Source: a virus (lineage: Duplodnaviria; Caudoviricetes). From it: a DNA stretch of 28,363 nt. The notes beneath the pieces are model-generated. The model ran no database searches, was not told the DNA's origin, and worked only from the letters and a program-made list of their open reading frames with translations. The stretch spans positions 1 through 28,363 of IMG/VR virus record IMGVR_UViG_3300025168_000478, one strand, 5' to 3'. The position numbers and the translations under genes were made by a program. Below, piece by piece: positions 9,894-18,614 of the stretch; position 1 is the first letter of the stretch; each line of letters begins with the position of its first letter.

Positions 9894-10376
9894 TTAAGCT
9901 ATTGTAATATTCCAGTTTATTGTTAATGAATCGCTTGTCCCTTTAGAAATCGAAGAGAAAGTTGTACGACATAACATTGTTCCTGTATTAGCAGTAGGAG
10001 AATTAAAAATTCCAGCTTCTTTTATTGAATGCGTTGAACCGTCACCTTTACCGGCAAAAACAGCTGTGTATGTAACTGTATTTTGTGAAATAACATTTTG
10101 CAAAGGACTTTGACTTTGTACTTCAGTTGAACCTAAAGAACTATCAGCACCAGCAGGTGCAGTGGCACTTGAGCCTATAGCCATTCGTCCAAAAGTTCCT
10201 CCAAAAGGTTTAACAGTAGTATTTCCACCTGCAACATCATGCACCATTCGTTGTGTTATAGCAGCTTTACCAGCATTCACAACTAAATTTGGCACAGATA
10301 CAGTTTCTACTATATTATCATCCTTATCTTTTTTTATTATTTGTAAATTACCAAATACTCTAATTGAATCATCCAT
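9894..10376 (-). CDS. Baseplate/tail-associated structural protein (160 aa)
   Basis: NLVVNAGK...MAIGSS...TVTYTAVF...IKEAGIFN...GTMLCRTTF...LTINWNITI pattern, typical of tail-collar/baseplate domains; lies between gp7 and gp8. Confidence 0.7.
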   Translation of the reverse strand: MDDSIRVFGNLQIIKKDKDDNIVETVSVPNLVVNAGKAAITQRMVHDVAGGNTTVKPFGGTFGRMAIGSSATAPAGADSSLGSTEVQSQSPLQNVISQNTVTYTAVFAGKGDGSTHSIKEAGIFNSPTANTGTMLCRTTFSSISKGTSDSLTINWNITIA

Positions 10377-10386
10377 CTATTGTTCC

Positions 10387-11910
10387 TTAAAAGAATTCTG
10401 TTGTAAATCCTATATAACTATCAGCATCTGTTGGATCTTGGTCAACACAATATGCTTCTGCAAAATAAGTCTGAGTGGTAACTAAAACATTACCATTATC
10501 AACGATTGCACTAGTTGTGTCAACTAGAGAAGTACCTTGAGCTAAACCTACGCTTGTGTCATCTACAGCAAATGTATCAAACAAATTAATAATTAAATTA
10601 TCAAAAGATTCAGTTACTACATTTGCTCTTACATCTAAAATGTCAGAAAATTCTCTATTGTTAAATAATCTCTGACCTGCTGGATGAATTGTATCTAATA
10701 CAACATCTTTAAAGGTATTTATATCAACACCAGTAACTAATTGGTAAGCAAATGGCTGAAATAAAAGATCATTTTGCAATCTTATATCTGGATCTGAAAG
10801 AAATCCTTTATTAGTTGTAAACTCACCAGGAAATGAAGCTAGTCCTCCTATAGTGAAACTCAACAACGCTTTACTGTTGTCAGAACCAAATATATTACTT
10901 GTTGAACTTAAAGTTACAGATGTATTATTTCCAAAAGTAGATAATAATTGACCATTAGCAGTATGTTTAACATTACCACTACTTAAAAATCCTTTTGTAG
11001 TATCATTAACAATAGATATTTCTCTTTGAAAAGAATCATCATTAATTGTTTTATCTGAAGATAATTGTACATCAAAATTACTAGTATAGCTATGTCCAAA
11101 ACTTAATATTTGAACATCATTTATAGCACCAGTAGATGCAACATTACTAATTAATAATTTTGTACCTACACCACCTGTTGAATTTATAGTATAAATTTGT
11201 CCTTGTTTAAAACCTAAACCAGCTTCAGTGACTTTAACTGAAGTTGTAGTGGGTTCAACATTTCCTGTGAATAAAATGTTACCACCTTCTGTTAAACTTG
11301 ATACTGTAACTTGTTGATTTATTGCATATGCTGATGCTAAAAAATTTATATCTAAAAATACTTCTGTTAGTGTATCATTAATAATACTTGTTTCTAAAAT
11401 AGGGGTTCTAAACTCTTGATTATTTACTGTTGTAGTCAAAAATCTATCTAATATTATATCACGATCCCCCCTTGAAGTTGAAATTCTAAGAGATCTTCTT
11501 TGTAAAAATGTACCACCTGATGGTATAAGAACATTCTCATATGGAAAAACTACTCTTGCATCTTCGTTAAATACAATTCTAAAAAATAATTGAAAAGATA
11601 ATGTAGAACCCTTAGCCTCATAAATGTCTTTTATTCTTTTTATTGCTATTTTTTTATCGGCTAATAATGTAACAGGTAAAATCTCTGCATAATTTTTTAA
11701 AAAATATTTTATAAATGCAGATGTAGTAAAATCAATATTGTTATAATCAAGAATATTTTGTATTAATTCCTGAGGATGTTGATCTTGTTCTAAAAATTTA
11801 TAATACGATTCAAAAAAGGCAATAAATTTTTTATGATCAGATTGTATAAATTCTGGAAACTGACTACTTACAATTTGAGATATTTTTTCCTTTATTCTAT
11901 TCGTAGACAT
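10387..11910 (-). CDS. gp7: Baseplate wedge initiator gp7-like
   Basis: QFPEFIQ...FIAFFESYYKFLE, IKRIKDIYEAKGS..SFQLFFRIVF, GFLSD..RLQ..FQPFAY, IHPAG; follows gp6. Confidence 0.8.
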   Translation of the reverse strand: MSTNRIKEKISQIVSSQFPEFIQSDHKKFIAFFESYYKFLEQDQHPQELIQNILDYNNIDFTTSAFIKYFLKNYAEILPVTLLADKKIAIKRIKDIYEAKGSTLSFQLFFRIVFNEDARVVFPYENVLIPSGGTFLQRRSLRISTSRGDRDIILDRFLTTTVNNQEFRTPILETSIINDTLTEVFLDINFLASAYAINQQVTVSSLTEGGNILFTGNVEPTTTSVKVTEAGLGFKQGQIYTINSTGGVGTKLLISNVASTGAINDVQILSFGHSYTSNFDVQLSSDKTINDDSFQREISIVNDTTKGFLSSGNVKHTANGQLLSTFGNNTSVTLSSTSNIFGSDNSKALLSFTIGGLASFPGEFTTNKGFLSDPDIRLQNDLLFQPFAYQLVTGVDINTFKDVVLDTIHPAGQRLFNNREFSDILDVRANVVTESFDNLIINLFDTFAVDDTSVGLAQGTSLVDTTSAIVDNGNVLVTTQTYFAEAYCVDQDPTDADSYIGFTTEFF

Positions 11911-13770
11911 TTATTGCACCAATGTAGTTACATTAACTGTTAATCCTGCTTTCAAACCAGCAGAAGAATTTTCTAATGTTTTATCTCTAACTAATATTTG
12001 ATTTCTTTCAGCCTTTATATTTTGATCCGCTTCTTGAATAGCAACTGTCATTCTAAAATCTGTTACATTATTAGGCAAAGCAGTAGGTGAAATATCTGTT
12101 ATAACTACTTCGCCAGTAGAATAATTTACATTGCCTTTATTGTTATTTAAAATATTATTATTTTGTGAATCTCTTAATACCAATGTACCTGTACCTATAT
12201 CACTTGCGGGCGATGAATCTGGCACATCAGTAATGTTAACTAGCGTTGTGGTGTTTTGTATTTCTGCAAAAAATCTACTTGATAAAACAGTACCAGGTTG
12301 AATTGAGCTATCAAATTTAAAACTATCATCTTGTGTAAATGTATTAACTGTATTTAAAGAAATAGTTGTTCTTTTTTGAAGACTGACTAATATAATTACT
12401 GTTCTTATTGATGTGTCTGCTTCCATTATATTTTTTATTAATAAGGATTTTTGAAAATCTTTATTAAAATTTTGTAAGTCAGATGTAAAATAATCATCAA
12501 CAGTTTGTGTTACTAATGTAGATATTGTAGCAGGAGATGAAGTTGTAGCTGTATTATCATACTCAACATTAACTACTAAATTCACATGAAAAAATTCTGG
12601 GTCTATAAATTCAGGTTGTATAGCCATCACTTTTTTAGTGTTTAGTACTGAACTTATAATTGAATCTTTTGTTGATTGTGAAATACTAAAACCATCAAAA
12701 GGTTTTAAAGATATAATAACTTTTCCAAATTTAGGTGGAACATTATCTTCACCACCAAACACAACCACTGATTCAGCATCAGTAAAATTTTGCTCAATTA
12801 ATGATTTATAGTCAGCAGCAGTAACAGCCCTATTTCTAGCAGCATTGACTCTTGGTGCTTTAAATTTTATATCAATAATATTGTCTGCATCTTTTCCACC
12901 TGTAGGATTAGAAAAAGTTGTTACAGCAGAAGTACCTCCACCAATTTTTCCAGCTGTAAAATTAACTAAACCAAAAGAAGCATCAGCAGTATTAACAGCA
13001 GATCCTAAAGATTTTAAATATTTAATTTTTATAAGATTACCAGAAGTCAATTTTTTACCTAAAATGTTATCACCAAAAAATATTTCATATTTTTCACTTG
13101 GATTCATCTCAAGAAAAAAGACTTCAGAAGTTGAAGTGACATTTGAGGTATCAATTGTTAAATTATAAGTTGTAGTAGTTGTATCACTATTTGATTCTTG
13201 AACTTGTACTAATAATGTCGAAGTATCTATATCGCCATCAGGTATTTCAAACTTTTCATCTGGACCTGGAATAGCTGAAACAAAATTTAAACTTTTTGTT
13301 ACCCCCTCAACTAACTCTAAATTTAGAAATGAATATATGCCAGCTGTAGGAGTTATGGTTACATCTCCTAAATTAAAGAATGTTGTTGTATTATTATTAA
13401 TAGTTGTTGAAAAAACTGTTCTATCAGGCAAAGTTAAAGTACTTGGTGATCCTGTAGGACTATTAACCACTAAATTAACTGAAGCTCTGACACTTCTTGC
13501 TGATGTGGGTGTAAAACCTAAATGTTTTGCAATTGAAATAGCAGAAGACTTTTTTACAGCAGAATCTAAAAACATTTCATTTGCCATTGCATTGCCCATA
13601 AAGGCATTGTAATGTGTATTATAAGCAAGTATATCAATTAATATACTTAAAGCAGAACCTTCGAAATTATAATCAGAAAATTCATTTTGATCTTTTAAAA
13701 AAGCAATTAAATTGGTTTTTATATCATCAAAATCTAACTCTGATACATCTAAATTTTTTAACTGTGCCAT
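11911..13770 (-). CDS. gp6: Baseplate wedge subunit gp6
   Basis: LDFDDIKTNL..FL..Q.EFSDYNFEGSALSILIDILAYNTHY, NEMFLDSA, YEIFFGD, NRAVTAADY, GGED..PP.FGKV. Confidence 0.95.
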   Translation of the reverse strand: MAQLKNLDVSELDFDDIKTNLIAFLKDQNEFSDYNFEGSALSILIDILAYNTHYNAFMGNAMANEMFLDSAVKKSSAISIAKHLGFTPTSARSVRASVNLVVNSPTGSPSTLTLPDRTVFSTTINNNTTTFFNLGDVTITPTAGIYSFLNLELVEGVTKSLNFVSAIPGPDEKFEIPDGDIDTSTLLVQVQESNSDTTTTTYNLTIDTSNVTSTSEVFFLEMNPSEKYEIFFGDNILGKKLTSGNLIKIKYLKSLGSAVNTADASFGLVNFTAGKIGGGTSAVTTFSNPTGGKDADNIIDIKFKAPRVNAARNRAVTAADYKSLIEQNFTDAESVVVFGGEDNVPPKFGKVIISLKPFDGFSISQSTKDSIISSVLNTKKVMAIQPEFIDPEFFHVNLVVNVEYDNTATTSSPATISTLVTQTVDDYFTSDLQNFNKDFQKSLLIKNIMEADTSIRTVIILVSLQKRTTISLNTVNTFTQDDSFKFDSSIQPGTVLSSRFFAEIQNTTTLVNITDVPDSSPASDIGTGTLVLRDSQNNNILNNNKGNVNYSTGEVVITDISPTALPNNVTDFRMTVAIQEADQNIKAERNQILVRDKTLENSSAGLKAGLTVNVTTLVQ

Positions 13771-14172
13771 TTATCTAGCTCTTTGTAATGTTGTTGTTAC
13801 AGTAACTGGTAGGTTAACATTTGTAATCATAAATTTAACTTCCACATCTAATTCGTTTCTATCAGAAATATCATGTATATCCACATTAAGTAATCTAGCT
13901 CTAGGTTCAAATTGACTAATAACATTTTGTATAGTTTGTCTCATAATACCAATAATTTTTGGCTCAAAATTATCAAATAATAATGACGTTATTTGACATC
14001 CTATTTCAGGATGAAATTTTCTTTCATAATGTATTGTACGAATTAAAGACTGTATAGATTGCTTAATAGCTGCTTCATCAGATACTTTGTTAAGATCTTT
14101 TGTTGAAGTGTTAAGTGTAAAGTCAAAATTTATATCACTAAATTTTCTTACTTTTCTGTTAATTATAGCCAT
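13771..14172 (-). CDS. gp25: Baseplate wedge/sheath initiator gp25
   Basis: FSDINFDF, DEAAIKQSI..LI.T..YERKFHPEIGC, FEPRA; lies between PAAR and gp6. Confidence 0.93.
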   Translation of the reverse strand: MAIINRKVRKFSDINFDFTLNTSTKDLNKVSDEAAIKQSIQSLIRTIHYERKFHPEIGCQITSLLFDNFEPKIIGIMRQTIQNVISQFEPRARLLNVDIHDISDRNELDVEVKFMITNVNLPVTVTTTLQRAR

Positions 14173-14176
14173 GGTT

Positions 14177-14184
14177 TATTTATG
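14177..14184 (-). promoter_or_regulatory. Candidate T4-type late promoter (CATAAATA)
   Basis: 7/8 match to TATAAATA in the 12-nt intergenic gap, 4 nt before the gp25 ATG. The AT-rich background makes chance matches possible. Confidence 0.55.
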
Positions 14185-14448
14185 TCAATTTGCAAAGGTA
14201 TCTGAAGAACCAGTGGCAGTATGTCCACAAGTTGCAGCATCTCCCGCTCTAACTACACCAGTTCCACTTGCAAATACATTAGTTGATCCTTCTGCCATTG
14301 TTGCAGATCCATGAGGACCAATGCCATGACTAGCTACTGCATCACCAATTAATGACGCTTTATCTCCATTTACAAACACAGTTGATGAACCAGGACCAGT
14401 TATTGTTCCTCCAGCTGTATCTGTTCCAACTCTTGATATACCTGGCAT
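14185..14448 (-). CDS. PAAR-repeat spike tip protein (gp5.4-like)
   Basis: ISRVGTD / GSSTVFVNG..ASLIGD / H..PH / GSTNVF..G..VVRAGD..CGH, i.e. PAAR repeats with His/Cys metal ligands; immediately after the gp5 beta-helix gene. Confidence 0.92.
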   Translation of the reverse strand: MPGISRVGTDTAGGTITGPGSSTVFVNGDKASLIGDAVASHGIGPHGSATMAEGSTNVFASGTGVVRAGDAATCGHTATGSSDTFAN

Positions 14449-17024
14449 TATGCTAGCTTAGATAAACCATCTGAGAATCTTTTATGGTTATTATATGTTA
14501 AAAGAATTTTTCTTTGTTTTTCTATATCAAATGAAACATGTATCCAAGGAAGTTTTGTTCCTGTATCTTTGTATTCTAATAATAACTTATCATAATTTAA
14601 ATTTTCTGATAGTTTTATAGCTATATCAAAATAATCTTTTTTGTCAACATTTCTAAATTGAAAATCTACAGCTTTACCTTTTAAGTGATCTGAAGTAAAA
14701 TTATTATTACTTGGATGTCTAAATGCAGAGGTGACCATAGCATTTGGAAATAATTCTAACACAATATCACACACATTCAAAGCCACAGCTGATAAATTAA
14801 AAGCTATTTCACCATACTTTAAATTTACTTGAGATTTTAATTTATTTTTAGTAACTATAGCCCTTGAAGATAATTGACCTAATGTATATTGATCAGATAT
14901 TTTTATATTATCAGGTAAATATGTTTCTAACTTTAAATCTTCATTTGGTGATATAATATCATTGTTATTGGATGAAGGACTCTCAGATTCAAAAGCAGTT
15001 GGTTCTTCATCTTCACTTCCATCAGATAAACCAGCTAATTTATTTTTATTTAAAAATGTTTCACTATCTTTATCTTCTTCAGAATCTTCAGTATCATAAC
15101 CAATTTTATCTTTGTAATTTGTATAAACTGGGTTAAAAATTTCTGATACTATAACACTCTTTCTGTCACTAAGTAATCCTATATTTGCTTTATTAACTAC
15201 ATTGGCATATCTTCCAACAGAAGCTATGTTAATTTGTGGTGAAACAAAACCAGTTGGAATTACAGGGGATGGATTATTAAGTTGAATTGAACTTGCTTTA
15301 GCATTTAAAGATCCACTTTGAACATACAAATTCATAACAGTTTTAGCATTGGAATTAATGTTAGTAGCTTCATTTTTTATAGTTATTGCATCATTAAACA
15401 TATCAGTTGATGAATTATTAATAATTGTTGCAGAAGACATTAAATTATTTGTTGCTATAACACTCATATCGTTAGATGCTAATAAATTAAAATTTTCATC
15501 TGCATTAATATGCATATCTTTTAATGTATGCAAAAACATTGAACTATTACATTTATTTGTTATACTATCTTTTGCTGATACAAATATATTACCATTTGTG
15601 CAATCATTATTAATACTATTTACTGCACCTATGTAAATATTTCCACCAGCTTTTTGATTGATATAATCTTCAGCTTCAATATTAATATTTGCACTGTGAA
15701 GGTTTATTTCTTCTCTGGCAGCTAAATCTATTTTACCAGCTGCTTGAGCAGTAATATCATTAAAACATTTTAAATTTACATCTCCATCAACTTCCATAGT
15801 TACATTAGAAGCACAATATACTTTTATTTCGCCACTAATTGATATCCTAGCTTGTCCACCTACAGATAAATGATCATTCTTGTCTACAAATCTATATTGA
15901 CTACCTTTTGTTTTTGATACAACCGACCCAGACTGATCCAATTCAATAAAAGTACCATTTTTATGATATATGTGTATTCTTTCGCTTTCTGGTGTATCAT
16001 CAATTTCAATAATATGTCCAGATTCAGATTGAATTACTCTATTATATGGATATTCTGCATTATAAGGTATTTCGGGTTGATCAAAAAAATCTCCATCAGG
16101 AAGTTTATTACCTATGTATCTTTCGCTATCTTTTATTTGTACAATGGTGTCTGCCACATCATTAGTTGCTAATTTATTTGTTTCAGACCTTCCTTGATAT
16201 TCTTTATTTGGTAATGTGGCTGTAGGATCAATAAATCCTTCAGTTTTAGTTCTTGCTTTGACTTTATTTTCAATATTTTTAAAATCAAATTTTTGAGATC
16301 TTGCGAAGGCAGCATTTTTTATAGATGAATCAAAATCTTTGCCGATTGAAGCAAGTGAAGGTCTATCTTTAAGTGCATCAACTTTTGATTTCAAAGCAGC
16401 AAGATCAAAGGCTGGTAGACTTGGAAAACCGCTTGGCAAATTTCCTAATCTTGGTACAGTAGGTAAATCAGGTATTTTCCCTGCCAAAGTATTAACAGAA
16501 AATTGTCCTAAGTTTTTATCTAAACCTAAATCAACACCAGCAGATATACCTCCTGTCAGTGCATTGGCAAGTTGATTAATATCTATTCTACCTCTCAAAA
16601 TAGGAGGCAGTTTGTTATTAAACTCATTTATTACTTCATTAGTTAAAACGCCTTTAAACTTTCCTGCTAAAGATCCAATATCTAAATCTGCATTTAATAA
16701 ATTTTTTAAACCATTTGGATCTAAATTTCCATTTACTAAATCCATTGGATTGTTAATACCAATAACATCAAGAGGCACTTTATTCAAAACACCCGCAGCA
16801 GTTACATCTAAATCATTTACAAAATTACTTCCTAATTTAGTTGCACTACCAGCCAATGCTTCATTTAATATTCCTCTAGCTTGAGGTGGCAAATTAGTAT
16901 ATTCAGGTAAACCCTGAGCCTTAGCAACTATTTGATCTTTTAGTTGATTTACTTTGAATGATGATGTGGGCTGTGTTGATGATGTTTGATTCTCTGCAGC
17001 CAGGTCTTCAAATACACTTGACAT
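14448..17024 (-). CDS. gp5 spike C-terminal part: beta-helix plus C-terminal M15-type zinc peptidase
   Basis: GFIDP, PYNAEYPYNRVIQSESGHIIEIDDTPESERIHIYHKNGTFIE, followed by ~8-residue beta-helix repeats. The C-terminus has VTSAFR, SDHLKGKAVD (H-x6-D) and WIHVSF, matching peptidase M15. Confidence 0.88.
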   Translation of the reverse strand: MSSVFEDLAAENQTSSTQPTSSFKVNQLKDQIVAKAQGLPEYTNLPPQARGILNEALAGSATKLGSNFVNDLDVTAAGVLNKVPLDVIGINNPMDLVNGNLDPNGLKNLLNADLDIGSLAGKFKGVLTNEVINEFNNKLPPILRGRIDINQLANALTGGISAGVDLGLDKNLGQFSVNTLAGKIPDLPTVPRLGNLPSGFPSLPAFDLAALKSKVDALKDRPSLASIGKDFDSSIKNAAFARSQKFDFKNIENKVKARTKTEGFIDPTATLPNKEYQGRSETNKLATNDVADTIVQIKDSERYIGNKLPDGDFFDQPEIPYNAEYPYNRVIQSESGHIIEIDDTPESERIHIYHKNGTFIELDQSGSVVSKTKGSQYRFVDKNDHLSVGGQARISISGEIKVYCASNVTMEVDGDVNLKCFNDITAQAAGKIDLAAREEINLHSANINIEAEDYINQKAGGNIYIGAVNSINNDCTNGNIFVSAKDSITNKCNSSMFLHTLKDMHINADENFNLLASNDMSVIATNNLMSSATIINNSSTDMFNDAITIKNEATNINSNAKTVMNLYVQSGSLNAKASSIQLNNPSPVIPTGFVSPQINIASVGRYANVVNKANIGLLSDRKSVIVSEIFNPVYTNYKDKIGYDTEDSEEDKDSETFLNKNKLAGLSDGSEDEEPTAFESESPSSNNNDIISPNEDLKLETYLPDNIKISDQYTLGQLSSRAIVTKNKLKSQVNLKYGEIAFNLSAVALNVCDIVLELFPNAMVTSAFRHPSNNNFTSDHLKGKAVDFQFRNVDKKDYFDIAIKLSENLNYDKLLLEYKDTGTKLPWIHVSFDIEKQRKILLTYNNHKRFSDGLSKLA

Positions 17025-17036
17025 TTAATTCCTTTA

Positions 17037-18614
17037 TTATTTTCTACTAACTACGCCTTGTCCAAAGCCACCTGAAACACTCTCGTTATAATCAGTTCTT
17101 ACTTCTTTATTACCTTCACCAGTAGGTCTTGGTCTTGTAAATGCAGGCAACCCTCTTCTTATTCTTTCACTATTTATTCTGTCATATACAATTGGGTCAT
17201 TTCCTTCGTATACTAATTTTTCATCTGGTGTACCTGACATATCAACTCCAAATTGAGAACCAGAACCAAAGTCTCCAAATGGTGAAGTTGGAGTGGCTGG
17301 TGGTATTTCAACTTTTTTAAGTTCTTCTCTTTGATTTAATTGATCTACTTTAATTGTATCTTTTTCCTCTTGCGGAAGTTTGCTTAAAATTTCATCTGAA
17401 TTTTGTATAATATATTCAGTAACTAATTCAACTATATCTGCTTTAGATAAATTAGATTTTCCTTCACATGCTTTAACTATAACTTCAGCTGATCCAACAA
17501 TACCTAAATCTAATGCATTATTTAACATTAAACTGAACAAATGCATTGATGCAAAACCACCTTCTTTGCCTTTCCCACCAAATTGTTTATTAATAATAGG
17601 ACCACCCATTCTTACGACCTGAGCTCTTACTGCACTCGTATAAGTTTTCCTTATGTAAGCAAATTGAGACTTAGCAAATTTTAATCTGTCTTTTGCGTCA
17701 CTTTTAAGACCACTATCAGCAATTTTAAAACCATTATTTCTCCATGTAGCATTAAACGCATCAGAACCTATTTCATCTTTAAACAAACCTTTGTATGGTT
17801 GGCCAAACTCTGATGTCATAAATGAAAATACAGGAGATGTTTTTGCAGAAGGCCTTCTAGTGCCATCTTCTGTAATTTGTGGCATAAACGAAGCTAATTT
17901 AAATATACCATATCTAAAACCAAATGTTCCATTTAATGGTTCAGTTCCTCCAGGCTCAAAGACTTTATTTGAAGTAATTGCTACATCAGCAGATGTTGCA
18001 CCTGTACCTCCAAATGAATTAAGTGAAAATTCTATACCTGATGCTTTAGCATTAGGAGGAGTATATGATTTCTTAATAACAGGAGGTAATGTAGATGGCT
18101 TTTCAGGAGGTTCTGGATTATTAGGATTCTGTACGAACCCAACTTTAATTGGAAATGAGTCAGCTTTTAAACTTGGTATAGCTTTAGTGCCATCTGACAA
18201 TTTGTTTTCTTTAGTAATAGTTTGACCAGATTGATCTTTTTTTGTGTCGTCATTGTCTTTTAATACAAAAGCTGCTTTAACAGGCGTTTCTTCAAACACA
18301 GTTGGAGCTGAACTTGATCCTATAGTTCCAAAGAATGCAGGTTGTTGCATATCTAAACCATCAAGATAAAATCCTACTACCCATGTTCCAGGCAACGGAC
18401 CAATTGGTGAACTTCCAATACCACTTATTGCAGCAGATGTAATTGGTTGAATTGGTACAGACCAAGGAAGATCATGTGTGGGTTGTGTATCTTTGTTTAT
18501 TGAGTGATGACCGTATATTCTTACTTTGCATCTACCTATTTTTTCAGGGTCATCTCTATCTTCTACAACTCCAATAAACCACTGAAACCCATCTCTGTTA
18601 AATATTTTATCCAT
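17037..18614 (-). CDS. gp5: gp5 spike N-terminal part: OB-fold plus putative lysozyme-like domain
   Basis: FQWFIGVVEDRDDPEKIGRCKVRIYG..LPWS..GTWVVGFYLDG..QQP..FGTI is the gp5 OB-fold. The start is placed at ATG 18614 (MDKIF; ATGGATAA overlap with the upstream gene) rather than 18635. Confidence 0.88.
   Translation of the reverse strand: MDKIFNRDGFQWFIGVVEDRDDPEKIGRCKVRIYGHHSINKDTQPTHDLPWSVPIQPITSAAISGIGSSPIGPLPGTWVVGFYLDGLDMQQPAFFGTIGSSSAPTVFEETPVKAAFVLKDNDDTKKDQSGQTITKENKLSDGTKAIPSLKADSFPIKVGFVQNPNNPEPPEKPSTLPPVIKKSYTPPNAKASGIEFSLNSFGGTGATSADVAITSNKVFEPGGTEPLNGTFGFRYGIFKLASFMPQITEDGTRRPSAKTSPVFSFMTSEFGQPYKGLFKDEIGSDAFNATWRNNGFKIADSGLKSDAKDRLKFAKSQFAYIRKTYTSAVRAQVVRMGGPIINKQFGGKGKEGGFASMHLFSLMLNNALDLGIVGSAEVIVKACEGKSNLSKADIVELVTEYIIQNSDEILSKLPQEEKDTIKVDQLNQREELKKVEIPPATPTSPFGDFGSGSQFGVDMSGTPDEKLVYEGNDPIVYDRINSERIRRGLPAFTRPRPTGEGNKEVRTDYNESVSGGFGQGVVSRK

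Noticed and set aside
17022-17039. Stop-codon readthrough or recoding joining the two in-frame gp5 halves
   Set aside because: There are three in-frame TAA codons plus an RBS, and TAA is the main stop codon in this window.
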